Shown here: one piece after another, positions 18,140 through 28,523 of the stretch
Position numbering within the stretch: position 1 is the stretch's first letter
Layout of the letters: each line of letters begins with the position of its first letter
Assembly: GCA_028701115.1 (NCBI GenBank)
Contig: JAQVRJ010000006.1
Coordinates: 1-32,964, forward strand
DNA length: 32,964 bases
Origin: Clostridia bacterium
GTDB taxonomy: Bacteria; Bacillota; Clostridia; TANB77; SIG350
Direction: 5' to 3'
Translations under genes and position numbers: made by a program
Notes under the pieces: generated by a model
What the model was told of the DNA's origin: nothing
Databases searched by the model: none
The model's input: the letters and a program-made list of their open reading frames with translations, nothing else

Positions 18140-18577
18140 CTAAATCACCTCTACCTTCCCACCAACTGCTTCGATTTTCTCTTTTGCAGTTTTTGTTACT
18201 CTTGCTACTTTAACATCTAATTTTTTTGTTAAAGTACCAGTTCCTAAAACTACTATTCCATCATTTACTTTTTTAATTAATTTTTCTTTTTTTAAACTTT
18301 CAGCAGTTACTTCTGTACCTATGAATTTTTCTAATAAATCTAAATTAACTTCTGTGTAAACTCTTTTATTATAGTTTTTAAAACCTATTTTAGGAAGTCT
18401 TCTATATAATGGCATTTGACCACCTTCAAATCCAGGTCTTACACCACCACCAGTTCTTGAATTTTGTCCCTTCATACCTCTTCCTGATGTTTTACCTAGA
18501 CCTGAAGACATACCTCTACCAACTCTTTTTGCTCTTTTCTTAGAACCAGGAGCTGGACTTAAGTTATTTAACTTCAT
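18140..18577 (-). CDS. rplO: 50S ribosomal protein uL15
   Basis: [22 protein letters not shown]... is typical L15. The track start at 18589 is a GTG abutting the GGAGG RBS, so the ATG at 18577 is preferred. Confidence 0.9.
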   Translation of the reverse strand: MKLNNLSPAPGSKKRAKRVGRGMSSGLGKTSGRGMKGQNSRTGGGVRPGFEGGQMPLYRRLPKIGFKNYNKRVYTEVNLDLLEKFIGTEVTAESLKKEKLIKKVNDGIVVLGTGTLTKKLDVKVARVTKTAKEKIEAVGGKVEVI

Positions 18578-18596
18578 CACAATTTGCACCTCCTCT

Positions 18597-19103
18597 TTAT
18601 AATAATTCTTCTACCTTTTTACCTCTTAACTTTGCAACTTGTTCTACAGTTTTTAATGATTTTAACGCTTGCATTGTAGCTTGAACAGCATTTTGGGGAT
18701 TACTTGATCCCATACATTTTGTTCTAATATTTTTATAACCAGCTAACTCTAATACTGGTCTTACACTACCACCGGCAATTAATCCAGTTCCTTCTTCAGC
18801 TGGTTTTAATAATACTTTTCCTGCTCCAAACTCTCCAATTATTTCATGAGGTACTGTTGTATTTATTATTGGTACTTCTACTAAGTTTTTATTTGCATTA
18901 TCTATTGCTTTTCTAATAGCATCTGGAACTTCAGCTGCTTTTCCTTTACCGATTCCAACATGACCGTTTTCATCGCCAACAACAACTAATGCACTGAATC
19001 TAAAAGTTCTACCGCCCTTAACAACTTTTGCAACTCTATTTATTGAAATAACTTTTTCTTTTAAGCCGTTATTATTTTTATCTTCTTTAAAATTGTTTTG
19101 CAT
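18597..19103 (-). CDS. rpsE: 30S ribosomal protein uS5
   Basis: S5 family sequence ([27 protein letters not shown]) in the conserved operon position. Confidence 0.95.
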   Translation of the reverse strand: MQNNFKEDKNNNGLKEKVISINRVAKVVKGGRTFRFSALVVVGDENGHVGIGKGKAAEVPDAIRKAIDNANKNLVEVPIINTTVPHEIIGEFGAGKVLLKPAEEGTGLIAGGSVRPVLELAGYKNIRTKCMGSSNPQNAVQATMQALKSLKTVEQVAKLRGKKVEELL

Positions 19104-19120
19104 TAAATTTCCTCCTTTTC

Positions 19121-19459
19121 TTAGAATTCAAGTCCTGCTTCTCTTGCAGCTTCTGCTAATGCTTTAACTTTTCCATGGTATAAATAACCACTTCTATCAA
19201 ACACTACTTTTTTAATATTTGCTTTTTCTGCTTTTACAGCAATTTCTTTTCCAGCTTTTGCACAAGCTTCAGTATTTTTTCCTTCAACTAATGTACTAAC
19301 TAAAGTAACACCTTTCGTATCATCTATTAATTGAATAAATACTTTTTTAAGACTTATATATATACTAAGTCTTGGGCACTCAGGAGTGCCACTGATTTTA
19401 TTTCTTATTCTAAAATGTCTTTTTAATCTTGAAACATTTCTACTTTTTTTAATTATCAT
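19121..19459 (-). CDS. rplR: 50S ribosomal protein uL18
   Basis: L18 family sequence ([15 protein letters not shown]...PRLSIY) in the conserved operon position. Confidence 0.95.
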   Translation of the reverse strand: MIIKKSRNVSRLKRHFRIRNKISGTPECPRLSIYISLKKVFIQLIDDTKGVTLVSTLVEGKNTEACAKAGKEIAVKAEKANIKKVVFDRSGYLYHGKVKALAEAAREAGLEF

Positions 19460-19474
19460 AATTTACACTCCTTC

Positions 19475-20014
19475 CTATTTACCTGTTTTTCCTTCTTTTC
19501 TTCTAATATGTTCATCAACATATTTAATACCTTTACCTTTATATGGTTCTGGTGGTCTTTTAGCTCTTATCTCTGCAGATATTTTACCAACTTTTTCTTT
19601 ATCAGGACCAATAACTGTAATAAGATTTGTTCCTTCAACTTCAAATTTAATTCCATCTTCTTCAATAAATTCTACTGGATGTGAATAACCTAAAGTTAAA
19701 ACTATTTTATTACCTTGTTTGTTTGCTCTATAACCTACACCATTAATTTCAAGTTTTTTACTAAAACCATGTGTTACACCTACAACCATATTATTAACTA
19801 ATGCTCTAGTTAAACCATGTAATGCTTTAACTTCTTTTTCATCAGATGGCCTTGTAAATGTTATTACAGAATCTTTTATTGTTACTGTAATTTTAGCATG
19901 TAATTGTCTTGTTAATGTACCCTTTGGGCCTTTAACTATAATTACATTCTTTGGTTCAAGTTTTACTTCTACACCATCTGGTATAGCTATAGGACTATTT
20001 CCTATTCTTGACAT
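19475..20014 (-). CDS. rplF: 50S ribosomal protein uL6
   Basis: [17 protein letters not shown]... is a typical L6 N-terminus, in the conserved operon position. Confidence 0.95.
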   Translation of the reverse strand: MSRIGNSPIAIPDGVEVKLEPKNVIIVKGPKGTLTRQLHAKITVTIKDSVITFTRPSDEKEVKALHGLTRALVNNMVVGVTHGFSKKLEINGVGYRANKQGNKIVLTLGYSHPVEFIEEDGIKFEVEGTNLITVIGPDKEKVGKISAEIRAKRPPEPYKGKGIKYVDEHIRRKEGKTGK

Positions 20015-20052
20015 CTTAACTTTCCTCCTTACATCTTATATATATATGAATC

Positions 20053-20448
20053 TTACCATACAAATGCTAATACTTCACCGCCAACACCTAATTGTCTAGC
20101 AGTTTTATCTGTTATTATACCCTTTGGTGTTGAAACAATAGCTATACCTAAGCCACCTAATACTGTTGGTAATTCATCACTTCCAACATATACTCTTAAA
20201 CCTGGTTTACTAATTCTTTTAATACCTGATATAACTCTTTCTTTTCCAACATATTTTAATGTAATTCTTATTACACCTTGTTTGTTATTATTGATTTCAT
20301 GAATCTCTTGGATATATCCTTCATTCAATAATACATTAGCTATTTCCTTCTTTATTTTTGACGCAGGTATATCAACTGTTACATGCCTTTTCATATTAGC
20401 ATTTCTAATTCTTGTTAACATGTCTGCAATTGGATCAGTTACATTCAT
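20053..20448 (-). CDS. rpsH: 30S ribosomal protein uS8
   Basis: [13 protein letters not shown] motif, in the conserved operon position. Confidence 0.95.
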   Translation of the reverse strand: MNVTDPIADMLTRIRNANMKRHVTVDIPASKIKKEIANVLLNEGYIQEIHEINNNKQGVIRITLKYVGKERVISGIKRISKPGLRVYVGSDELPTVLGGLGIAIVSTPKGIITDKTARQLGVGGEVLAFVW

Positions 20449-20480
20449 TTTTTACCTCCTTTTCTCTTCTTTTTCAGCAC

Positions 20481-20666
20481 TTACCAACTAGCTTTTTTAA
20501 CTCCAGGAATTTTTCCTTCGTGAGCTAATTTTCTAAAACATAAACGACAAATTCCGAACTTGCGGATATATGCATGTGGTCTTCCACAAAGTTTACATCT
20601 ATTATAACTTCTTGTACTGAATTTAGGAGTTCTTTTTTGTTTTGCTATTAATGATTTTTTAGCCAA
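20481..20666 (-). CDS. rpsZ: 30S ribosomal protein uS14, short zinc-binding type Z form
   Basis: 61 aa with [22 protein letters not shown] (C-x2-C...C-x2-C), in the conserved operon position. Confidence 0.95.
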   Translation of the reverse strand: MAKKSLIAKQKRTPKFSTRSYNRCKLCGRPHAYIRKFGICRLCFRKLAHEGKIPGVKKASW

Positions 20667-20678
20667 TTTAAACCCTCC

Positions 20679-21218
20679 TTATTCTGCAAATGGCATTCCT
20701 AATTGTGATAACAACTCTTTAGCTTCTTCATCTGTTTTAGCTGTTGTCACAAATATAATGTCCATTCCTCTTAATTTATCTACCTTTTCATATTCAATTT
20801 CTGGGAATATTAATTGTTCCTTAACGCCCATTGAATAATTACCTCTTCCATCAAATGAATTTACATTTAGTCCTCTGAAGTCTCTGATTCTTGGAATTGC
20901 AACACTTACTAATCTGTCAAAAAACTCATACATTTTTTCACTTCTTAAAGTTACTTTGCATCCTAAATTCATTCCTTCTCTAATTTTAAAACCAGCAATT
21001 GATTTTTTAGCTTTTGTTATAATTGGTTTTTGTCCTGTGATTAAGCCTAAATCTCTTGTAGCATTTTCCAATGCTTTTGGATTTTCTTTGCTATCTCCAA
21101 CACCCATATTAATAACTATTTTTTCTAACTTTGGAACTTGCATTACTGATTTATAACTAAACTTTTTCATAAGGGCAGGTATTACAACTTTTTTATATTC
21201 ATCTTTTACTCTTGACAT
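20679..21218 (-). CDS. rplE: 50S ribosomal protein uL5
   Basis: L5 family sequence ([18 protein letters not shown]-like block), in the conserved operon position. Confidence 0.95.
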   Translation of the reverse strand: MSRVKDEYKKVVIPALMKKFSYKSVMQVPKLEKIVINMGVGDSKENPKALENATRDLGLITGQKPIITKAKKSIAGFKIREGMNLGCKVTLRSEKMYEFFDRLVSVAIPRIRDFRGLNVNSFDGRGNYSMGVKEQLIFPEIEYEKVDKLRGMDIIFVTTAKTDEEAKELLSQLGMPFAE

Positions 21219-21233
21219 TTATTATATACCTCC

Positions 21234-21560
21234 TTATATTTCTGCTCCGCATTTTTTACATATACGAACTTTTTTACCATTTTTATTAATACCATGTGCT
21301 GTTCTCGTTGCTTTATTACATTTTGAACAAAACAAATTAGCATTTGATAAACTAACTGGTCCTTCTATTTTTATAATTCCAGCTTGTTCTTTAGCTTTTC
21401 TTGCTTTTTTATGCTTAGTTTTAATATTAACACCTTCAACTGTTATAGTTAAATCTGCTGGTGAAGTATTCATTACTTTACCTTTTTTACCTTTATCTAC
21501 GCCAGTGTTAATAATAACTGTATCACCTTTTTTAATATGCATACTATTAATTTTCTTCAT
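21234..21560 (-). CDS. rplX: 50S ribosomal protein uL24 with a C-terminal four-Cys motif
   Basis: KOW region MHIKKGDTVIINTGVDKGKKGKV. The C-terminus reads CSKCNKATRTAHGINKNGKKVRICKKCG. The start is either ATG 21560 or ATG 21542 (MHIKKGD). Confidence 0.9.
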   Translation of the reverse strand: MKKINSMHIKKGDTVIINTGVDKGKKGKVMNTSPADLTITVEGVNIKTKHKKARKAKEQAGIIKIEGPVSLSNANLFCSKCNKATRTAHGINKNGKKVRICKKCGAEI

Positions 21561-21582
21561 TTAAATTAGCACACCATCCTTC

Positions 21583-21951
21583 CTATAGCACTTCAGGTGC
21601 TAATGATAAGATTTTCATGTATTCTTTTTCTCTTAACTCTCTTGCAACAGGTCCGAAAATACGAGTACCTTTTGGAGTCTTATCATCTTTTATTATTACA
21701 GCAGCATTATCATCAAATTTTACAAATGAACCGTCTGCTCTTTTTACACCATAAGTTGATCTTACCACAACTGCTTTTACTACTTCACCCTTTTTAACAA
21801 CACCATGAGGTGTCGCAGATTTAACAGATGCTACTATTACATCACCTATTCTTGCAACTTTTCTATGTGAACCGCCCATACATCTGATACACATAATTTC
21901 TTTTGCACCAGTGTTGTCAGCTACTTTTAAAATTGATTGTTGTTGAACCAC
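21583..21951 (-). CDS. rplN: 50S ribosomal protein uL14
   Basis: (M)[21 protein letters not shown]... is typical L14. GTG start with a GGAAGGGGGA RBS. Confidence 0.95.
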   Translation of the reverse strand: MVQQQSILKVADNTGAKEIMCIRCMGGSHRKVARIGDVIVASVKSATPHGVVKKGEVVKAVVVRSTYGVKRADGSFVKFDDNAAVIIKDDKTPKGTRIFGPVARELREKEYMKILSLAPEVL

Positions 21952-21972
21952 TTTCGATGTCCCCCTTCCTCT

Positions 21973-22227
21973 CTATTTTGCTTTTTCAATAATTTCTACT
22001 AATCTCCATCTTTTATCCTTTGATAAAGGTCTAGTTTCCATTACTTTTACAATATCACCTATACTACACTCATTATTTTCGTCATGAGCTTTTAGTTTAT
22101 ATGTTCTATTTATCATCTTTTTATATATTGGATGACTTACTTTAGTTTCTACAGCAACTACAATAGTTTTTTCCATCTTATTGCTTATTACTTTTCCTAT
22201 TTTTTCTTTACGAAGATTTCTTTCCAC
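21973..22227 (-). CDS. rpsQ: 30S ribosomal protein uS17
   Basis: S17 family sequence ([17 protein letters not shown]...[13 protein letters not shown]), in the conserved operon position. Confidence 0.95.
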   Translation of the reverse strand: MERNLRKEKIGKVISNKMEKTIVVAVETKVSHPIYKKMINRTYKLKAHDENNECSIGDIVKVMETRPLSKDKRWRLVEIIEKAK

Positions 22228-22262
22228 TAAAATTTCCTCCTTCCATCATTTTAAGGATATGC

Positions 22263-22469
22263 TTATTCTTTAACATTAATTTTTAGTTCTCTTTCTCTTA
22301 AGATAGTTTTGATTTTTGCTATATCTCTTTTAACGATTTTAATCTTTAAAGGATTCTCTAATCCATTTACTGATAAACTAAATTTTAATTTAAATAATTC
22401 ACTCTTCAATTCTTTTAATTCTTTTTCTAATTCTTCAGATGACATTTCTCTTATTTCTTTAGTTTTCAT
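22263..22469 (-). CDS. rpmC: 50S ribosomal protein uL29
   Basis: [30 protein letters not shown] is a typical L29. ATG at 22469 overlaps the rplP 3' end by 11 nt. The track start at 22496 lies well inside rplP. Confidence 0.9.
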   Translation of the reverse strand: MKTKEIREMSSEELEKELKELKSELFKLKFSLSVNGLENPLKIKIVKRDIAKIKTILRERELKINVKE

Positions 22470-22899
22470 TACTATCACCATCCGTTCTTTTTTCACGAGT
22501 AATAATCTTTGTTTTAATTGGCAACTTATGTTGAGCTAATCTTAAAGCTTCCCTCGCTGTTTCTTCTGGTATACCAGCTATCTCAAACATTACTCTATCT
22601 GGTTTTACAGCAGCAACCCAATATTCAGGAGCACCTTTACCACTACCCATACGAGTTTCAGCAGGTTTCTTTGTTATTGGTTTGTCTGGAAATATTTTGA
22701 TCCAAACTTGACCGCCTCTTTTTGTATATCTAGTCATAGCAATTCTGGCTGCTTCAATTTGATTAGCAGTAATCCAACAAGCTTCTAACGCTTGTATTCC
22801 AAATTCTCCATCAGTAACTTTATTACCTCTCATTGCTCTACCTTTAGATCTACCTTTTTGCATTTTTCTATACTTAGTTCTTTTTGGCATTAATGGCAT
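22459..22899 (-). CDS. rplP: 50S ribosomal protein uL16
   Basis: [17 protein letters not shown]... is typical L16. TAATG overlap with the rpsC stop, with GGAGG 9 nt upstream. Confidence 0.95.
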   Translation of the reverse strand: MPLMPKRTKYRKMQKGRSKGRAMRGNKVTDGEFGIQALEACWITANQIEAARIAMTRYTKRGGQVWIKIFPDKPITKKPAETRMGSGKGAPEYWVAAVKPDRVMFEIAGIPEETAREALRLAQHKLPIKTKIITREKRTDGDSNEN

Positions 22900-23558
22900 T
22901 ATTTGTCTCCTCCTTCCACTTTCTTCTTTTCTGGAAGAACTTCTCCTTTATATATCCAAACTTTTACACCTAATTTTCCATAAGTTGTATTAGCTTCAAA
23001 AAAGCCATAATCAACATCTGCTCTTAATGTTTGTAGAGGAATTGTTCCCTCTCTATAAAATTCAGTTCTAGCTATATCGGTTCCACCTAATCTTCCGGCA
23101 ACAGATGTTTTAATTCCTAATGCTCCAGCCTTCATAGCTTTTTGCATTACTTGCTTCATTGCTTTTCTATATGAAATTCTTCTTTCTAATTGACCACAAA
23201 TACTTTCTGCAACTAATTGAGCATTTGTATCAATTGCTTTTACTTCTATAATATTTAAAGAAACTTCTTTTCCAGTTAAAGCTTCAATTTCTTTCTTTAA
23301 AGTTTCAATTGCTTCTCCACCTTTTCCTATTATAAATCCAGGTTTTGCAGTATGAATTGATACTGTAACTTTATTTGCTTTTCTTTCTATTACAATTTTT
23401 GCTATTCCTGAAGTTTGTAATTTGTTCTTTATAAATACTCTTAATTTTTGATCTTCAATTAAGTTTGTTGAAAAATCTTTTTTATTTGCAAACCATTTTG
23501 AATCCCAATCTTTTATAATACCCACTCTTAATCCATGTGGATGTACCTTTTGACCCAT
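22899..23558 (-). CDS. rpsC: 30S ribosomal protein uS3
   Basis: [24 protein letters not shown]... is typical S3. Confidence 0.95.
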   Translation of the reverse strand: MGQKVHPHGLRVGIIKDWDSKWFANKKDFSTNLIEDQKLRVFIKNKLQTSGIAKIVIERKANKVTVSIHTAKPGFIIGKGGEAIETLKKEIEALTGKEVSLNIIEVKAIDTNAQLVAESICGQLERRISYRKAMKQVMQKAMKAGALGIKTSVAGRLGGTDIARTEFYREGTIPLQTLRADVDYGFFEANTTYGKLGVKVWIYKGEVLPEKKKVEGGDK

Positions 23559-23579
23559 TGTTTATCCTCCTTTCCAGAA

Positions 23580-23915
23580 TTATTCTCTTTCTGCAAGAAC
23601 TACTGTTATATGACTAGTTCTTTTTCTTTCTCTATATGCTCTACCTTGAGGCGCTGGTCTTACCCTTTTACCTGTTGGTCCTTGATCAGCATATATTTCT
23701 TTAATATATAACTTTTCTTTATTCATAGAATGATTGTTTTCAGCATTCGCCATTGCTGATTTGACTAGTTTTTCAACTATCGGACTTGCTGCTTTAGATG
23801 TATATCTTAATATTGCTAAAGCTTCTGCCGTTTGTTTTCCTCTAATTAAATCTATAACGATTTTAACTTTTCTAGCTGAAATTCTCGCATATTTTAATTT
23901 TGCTATAGCTTCCAC
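23580..23915 (-). CDS. rplV: 50S ribosomal protein uL22
   Basis: L22 family sequence ([18 protein letters not shown]), in the conserved operon position. Confidence 0.95.
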   Translation of the reverse strand: MEAIAKLKYARISARKVKIVIDLIRGKQTAEALAILRYTSKAASPIVEKLVKSAMANAENNHSMNKEKLYIKEIYADQGPTGKRVRPAPQGRAYRERKRTSHITVVLAERE

Positions 23916-23936
23916 TATTTTTCCCTCCTTAATAAC

Positions 23937-24233
23937 CTATTTGCTTTGCACTGTTTTTGCAACAGTAGTTGTTTTTTCTCCTGCATGGCCTCTAAATGTT
24001 CTTGTTGGGGCAAATTCTCCTAATTTATGTCCAATCATTTCTTCTGTTATGTATACTGGAATATGTTTTCTTCCATCATGAACAGCGATTGTATGTCCTA
24101 CAAATTGTGGAAATATTGTTGATGCCCTTGACCATGTCTTTAGAACTTCTTTTTTTCCGTTCTCATTCATAGATTCTATTCTTTTTAATAATTTAGCGTC
24201 TACAAATGGTCCTTTTTTTAAAGATCTTGACAT
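23937..24233 (-). CDS. rpsS: 30S ribosomal protein uS19
   Basis: [12 protein letters not shown]...[29 protein letters not shown] is typical S19. Confidence 0.95.
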   Translation of the reverse strand: MSRSLKKGPFVDAKLLKRIESMNENGKKEVLKTWSRASTIFPQFVGHTIAVHDGRKHIPVYITEEMIGHKLGEFAPTRTFRGHAGEKTTTVAKTVQSK

Positions 24234-24251
24234 TTAGACTTCCTCCTTTTT

Positions 24252-25079
24252 CTATTTTCTTCTCTTAACTATAAATTTACTTGTTGGATTTTTTTTCTTT
24301 CTGGTCTTATAACCTAATGTAGGTTTACCCCAAGGAGTAACTGGACCTGGTCTTCCGATTGGTGCTTTACCTTCACCACCACCGTGTGGGTGATCGCAAG
24401 GGTTCATAGCAGAACCTCTAACTGTTGGTCTAATACCCATATGTCTTTTTCTTCCAGCTTTACCTATATTAACATTTGCATAATCTTTATTACCAATTTC
24501 ACCTATTGTCGCTCTACATTCTACATTTATCAATCTCATTTCTCCAGATGGTAATCTTACATGTGCGTATTTACCTTCTTTTGCCATTAATTGTGCTGAG
24601 TTTCCTGCAGCTCTAACAAATTGAGCTCCTTTACCTGGATGTAATTCAATATTGTGTATAAATGTACCAACTGGTATTTCTTTAATTCTTAAAGTATTAC
24701 CTGGTTTGATATCTGCATTAGCTGAAGATATTATTTTATCTCCATCTTTTAAACCGTATGGAGCAATTATATATGACTTTTCTCCATCTTCATATTGAAT
24801 TAAAGCAATATTTGCACTTCTATTTGGATCATATTCAATACCAATTACAGTTGCGAACATATCTTCTTTTCTACGTTTAAAATCTATAATTCTATATTTT
24901 TGTCTGTTTCCACCGCCTTGATGTCTAACAGTTATTCTTCCATATGAATTTCTACCTGCATGTTTATCTTTCTTTGCTAAAAGACTTTTTTCCGGAGTTT
25001 TCTTAGTTATCTCTTCATATGTTAACACTGTCATATTTCTACGTGATGGAGTTATTGCTTTAAAATGTTTTATACCCAT
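24252..25079 (-). CDS. rplB: 50S ribosomal protein uL2
   Basis: L2 family sequence ([30 protein letters not shown]). Confidence 0.95.
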   Translation of the reverse strand: MGIKHFKAITPSRRNMTVLTYEEITKKTPEKSLLAKKDKHAGRNSYGRITVRHQGGGNRQKYRIIDFKRRKEDMFATVIGIEYDPNRSANIALIQYEDGEKSYIIAPYGLKDGDKIISSANADIKPGNTLRIKEIPVGTFIHNIELHPGKGAQFVRAAGNSAQLMAKEGKYAHVRLPSGEMRLINVECRATIGEIGNKDYANVNIGKAGRKRHMGIRPTVRGSAMNPCDHPHGGGEGKAPIGRPGPVTPWGKPTLGYKTRKKKNPTSKFIVKRRK

Positions 25080-25098
25080 TTTTATTTCTCTCCTTTAC

Positions 25099-25458
25099 CT
25101 AGTTATTTGCAGTTGAACCGAAAACTTCGATTGAAGTCTCATATTTTTTATCAACTTTTACTGCTTTTGCACCTTTTGTTAAATATGTTTTTTCAGATGG
25201 ATTTCTATCAATTGTAACAATTGCTTTTTTCCAATCAGATGTTTTACCTTGATGTACACCAACTCTTTTGTTTTTTCCAAGAACTATCATTGTTCTAACA
25301 TCTTTAACTTTAACGTTAAATAATTTTTCTACTGCATACTTAACATCAATTTTTGTAGCTTTTAAATCTACTTCAAAAGTGTACTTACCATTAGCTATAT
25401 TATCGTTTGATCTTTCGCTTATTAATGGTCTCTTAATTATATTTTCTGGATTTTTCAT
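25099..25458 (-). CDS. rplW: 50S ribosomal protein uL23 (with ~20-aa C-terminal extension)
   Basis: L23 family core (IIKRPLISERS...YTFEVDLKATKIDVKYAVEKLFNVKV). TAATG overlap with rplD. Confidence 0.9.
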   Translation of the reverse strand: MKNPENIIKRPLISERSNDNIANGKYTFEVDLKATKIDVKYAVEKLFNVKVKDVRTMIVLGKNKRVGVHQGKTSDWKKAIVTIDRNPSEKTYLTKGAKAVKVDKKYETSIEVFGSTANN

Positions 25459-26081
25459 TATGCGTACACCTCCTCAATTTTTTCAACAGCTTGTTTTGTT
25501 ATAACTAATTTTGTATATTTCAATATATCATATACATTAATAGTACTTACCAAACAAACTTTTGCTCCTGGAATATTCTTAATTGATTTTTGAACATTAA
25601 TATCATTCTCAGGAATAACTACTAATACTTTACTATCTATTTTTAAATTACTTAAAACTTTAATCATGTTTTTAGTTTTAATTTCAGACATTTTAAATTC
25701 ATCAATTACAATTAATTCATTTTCTAAAACTTTTGAACTTAAAACTGATTTAAGAGCTAATCTCTTTACTTTCTTATTCAAAGTGTATTTATAACTTCTA
25801 GGTTTTGGCCCTAAAGCGATACCACCTTTAATCCATTGTGGTGCTCTAATACTACCTTGTCTTGCTCTACCAGTACCCTTTTGTTTCCAAGGCTTGATAC
25901 CGCCACCTCTAACTTCTGCTCTTGTTTTTGTAGATTGAGTACCTTGTCTTTGATTTGCTAAAAAGTTTACAATAGCTTCATGAACAACATCTTCATTTGG
26001 TTCAATTCCAAATATTTCATCATTCAATTTTAAATCTCCAACCTTTGTACCTTCTACATTATACACGTCTATCTTAGGCAT
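25458..26081 (-). CDS. rplD: 50S ribosomal protein uL4
   Basis: L4 family sequence ([39 protein letters not shown]). Confidence 0.95.
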   Translation of the reverse strand: MPKIDVYNVEGTKVGDLKLNDEIFGIEPNEDVVHEAIVNFLANQRQGTQSTKTRAEVRGGGIKPWKQKGTGRARQGSIRAPQWIKGGIALGPKPRSYKYTLNKKVKRLALKSVLSSKVLENELIVIDEFKMSEIKTKNMIKVLSNLKIDSKVLVVIPENDINVQKSIKNIPGAKVCLVSTINVYDILKYTKLVITKQAVEKIEEVYA

Positions 26082-26099
26082 TTTAGACAGTCCTCCTTT

Positions 26100-26729
26100 C
26101 TACGCTTTTATTGCAGATTTAATTTTAATTATTGAATTCTTAGCACCAGGCATAGAACCTTTTATTAATATTAAATTTCTTGCAACATCAACTTTAACAA
26201 TTTTTAAATTTTGTATAGTAACAGTTTTACCGCCCATACGTCCAGGTAATTTTTTACCTTTAAATACTCTACCAGGTGTAGATGTAGCTCCCATAGAACC
26301 TGATCTTCTGTGATACATAGAACCATGTGACATAGGTCCTCTTGAAAAGTTATGTCTCTTAATACTACCTTGGTAACCTTTACCTTTAGAAATACCTTGT
26401 ACATCAACTACTTCACCTTCAGCAAAAGTATCTGCTTTTATTTCATCACCTACATTATATGTAGATATATCTTCTAATCTTAATTCAGCTAAATATCTTT
26501 TCAAAGATAATTTTGATTTTGTAAAATGACCAATCTTTGGTTTATTTAATAATTTCTCCTTTACATCAACAAAACCAACTTGAACAGCATTATAACCGTC
26601 TTTATCTATAGTTTTAATTTGAGAAACAACACAAGGTCCAGCTTCTATTACTGTAACAGGAATAGCTAAACCAGCTTCATTAAATATTTGTGTCATCCCA
26701 ATTTTCTTTCCTAAAATTGCTTTTTTCAT
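26100..26729 (-). CDS. rplC: 50S ribosomal protein uL3
   Basis: [16 protein letters not shown]... is typical L3. Confidence 0.95.
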   Translation of the reverse strand: MKKAILGKKIGMTQIFNEAGLAIPVTVIEAGPCVVSQIKTIDKDGYNAVQVGFVDVKEKLLNKPKIGHFTKSKLSLKRYLAELRLEDISTYNVGDEIKADTFAEGEVVDVQGISKGKGYQGSIKRHNFSRGPMSHGSMYHRRSGSMGATSTPGRVFKGKKLPGRMGGKTVTIQNLKIVKVDVARNLILIKGSMPGAKNSIIKIKSAIKA

Positions 26730-26789
26730 TTAAATACCTCCTTGGCTATCGGTTCATATATATGAACATGACCAATTTTTATTTTTCCA

Positions 26790-27119
26790 TTAACCTAATT
26801 TAATATCTACATCAACACCAGCTGGTAGATCCATCTTCATTAATGTATCTACAGTTTCTTGTGTTGCAAATAAAATATCTATAACTCTTTTATGTGTTCT
26901 CATTTCAAATTGTTCTCTTGAATCTTTGTGTTTATGTGGAGAACGTAAAATTGTTATTATTTCCTTTTTTGTTGGTAGTGGAATTGGTCCAGATACTTGA
27001 GCTCCAGTTCTTTTAGCAGTTTCAACAATTTTTTCAGCTGACTGTTCCAAAATAACATGATCATAAGCTTTTAATCTGATTCTCATTTTATCACTAGCAA
27101 TTGCACTTTTCTTAGCCAT
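26790..27119 (-). CDS. rpsJ: 30S ribosomal protein uS10
   Basis: [30 protein letters not shown]... is typical S10. An AAGGAGG RBS lies 10 nt upstream of the ATG. Confidence 0.95.
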   Translation of the reverse strand: MAKKSAIASDKMRIRLKAYDHVILEQSAEKIVETAKRTGAQVSGPIPLPTKKEIITILRSPHKHKDSREQFEMRTHKRVIDILFATQETVDTLMKMDLPAGVDVDIKLG

Positions 27120-27320
27120 ACACTCTAAACCTCCTTTTCTTGCAATTTTTGTGTTGGCAAGTTCAACGGAGCCGTGTGTTTCTTTTTGTCCGTTTATTAA
27201 ACCCAGATATAATCTGGGGTAAGTTACTTACTTGCCGCCTAGTTTTATAACTAAACATACTCTGCAAAAGTTCCCTATCTCTACGGATAGCCACATTTTG
27301 CTTCATCGCATAATCACACG
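27120..27320 (-). promoter_or_regulatory. Long GC-enriched, apparently structured 5' leader of the S10 operon (candidate r-protein autoregulatory leader)
   Basis: About 200 nt lie between the predicted TSS and the rpsJ RBS, visibly richer in G+C than other intergenic DNA here. Complementary segments on the minus-strand RNA: GCAAAA...UUUUGC enclosing CUAUC-CGUAGA-GAUAG; CCCAGAU-UAU-AUCUGGG; GGCAAGU...ACUUGCC; CGUGUG...CACACG; AACGGA...UCCGUU. The last three cannot all form at once. Confidence 0.55.
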
Positions 27321-27327
27321 CTTTATT

Positions 27328-27356
27328 ATTATACACTCTATGATTATATATTGCAA
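27328..27356 (-). promoter_or_regulatory. Near-consensus SigA-type promoter of the S10-spc operon
   Basis: Minus strand reads TTGCAA (27356..27351), a 17-nt spacer, then TATAAT (27333..27328). Confidence 0.7.
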
Positions 27357-27468
27357 GCAAATTTAATAAAAAAAATAAAAAAAGAGTAAATAATATATAA
27401 TTTTTACCTTTTTTTCATTATTTATCTAAAATTTTAATTCACTTAAATATATTTTTTATTTCAAATTA

Positions 27469-28512
27469 TCAATTATTTACTTTTAAAACATTACGTATTT
27501 TAAACAAAAAATATAAAACACTATACAAATTATACTTTACACATAATATTACAACTTTAAATTTCCAGGATATATTTTTTAATGAGCAATTATTTAACAA
27601 TTCATTAATATAACTATCTTTTTTTATACTTTCTGTTTCCATTTTAAATTTTTTTAGACTATTACTATTTGTATAAAAGCTATATAAAAAGCAACTTAAA
27701 AAACTTCCTAAATATCTTGCATTTATTGTTTTTCTTTCATCATTACTCATAAAATCATTTTCAATTAATTTATTAATAACAATTTTTGAAAACTTAATAA
27801 AATTCTGTTTATTAATTTCATAATTTTTAACATTAAAACATGCTCCATCTTTATTATACACATAATTATATAAATGACCATTTAAAAAATATATATTTTT
27901 AACATTTAAAAGCACATTTAAAAAAAATATTACATCTTCTCCATAAACAAAATTTTTATCAAATTTATCAATACTATCTATTAAACTTTTTCTATAGAGT
28001 GTTCCCCAAATCGTAATCCCATCAAAAAAGAATTGCTTAAAAACATTAATTGCATCATTTCGCAATAAAATTTTATTCGCAAATTCATCATCATATATAT
28101 ATCTTATACATTTATTATTATCGAGTACTATATTATATGAAGTCTTTACAACATCAACATTATTTTTTTTCATTATATCATATAAAGCGGATATCATACT
28201 TAATTCTATAAAATCATCTGCATCAACAAAAACAATATACTCTCCACTTGAAAGCTTTATGCCATCATTTCTTGCTTCGCTTACTCCTTGATTAACTTTA
28301 TCTATAACGATAATTCTATTATCTTTCTTTTTATATTCATTTATTATTTGCAAAGAATTATCTTTAGATCCATCATTTATGCAAATTATTTCTAAATTAG
28401 TATAAGTTTGATTAACAATAGATTCTAAACATCTCTTTACATATTTTTCAGCATTATATACTGGAATTATTATACTAATCTTTTCATCCATATATCTAAT
28501 TCTCTCTTCCAT
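27469..28512 (-). CDS. Family 2 glycosyltransferase
   Basis: ISIIIPVYNAEKYVKRCLESIVNQTYTNLEIICINDGSKDNS and VFVDADDF (DxD) are classic GT2 (GT-A fold) motifs. Confidence 0.9.
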   Translation of the reverse strand: MEERIRYMDEKISIIIPVYNAEKYVKRCLESIVNQTYTNLEIICINDGSKDNSLQIINEYKKKDNRIIVIDKVNQGVSEARNDGIKLSSGEYIVFVDADDFIELSMISALYDIMKKNNVDVVKTSYNIVLDNNKCIRYIYDDEFANKILLRNDAINVFKQFFFDGITIWGTLYRKSLIDSIDKFDKNFVYGEDVIFFLNVLLNVKNIYFLNGHLYNYVYNKDGACFNVKNYEINKQNFIKFSKIVINKLIENDFMSNDERKTINARYLGSFLSCFLYSFYTNSNSLKKFKMETESIKKDSYINELLNNCSLKNISWKFKVVILCVKYNLYSVLYFLFKIRNVLKVNN

Positions 28513-28523
28513 TATTATATATA

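Noticed and set aside
27224-27240. Possible DGR template repeat. Minus-strand AGGCGGCAAGTAAGTAA in the S10 leader versus AGGCGGCAGGTTTGTTT in the putative variable region (420..436). All 5 differences fall at adenines of the leader copy.
   Set aside because: The match is only 17 nt. Flanking sequence on both sides does not align, and the flanking mismatches occur at non-A positions. It sits in the 5' UTR of an essential operon with no reverse transcriptase nearby. Most likely it is a chance match between two GC-rich patches.
27163-27360. 65-aa minus-strand ORF in the track (MLAIYNHRVYNN...)
   Set aside because: Its start lies upstream of the predicted -35 box of the S10 promoter. It has no RBS, and it spans the GC-rich leader helices. 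It is better explained as a chance ORF in a structured 5' UTR.
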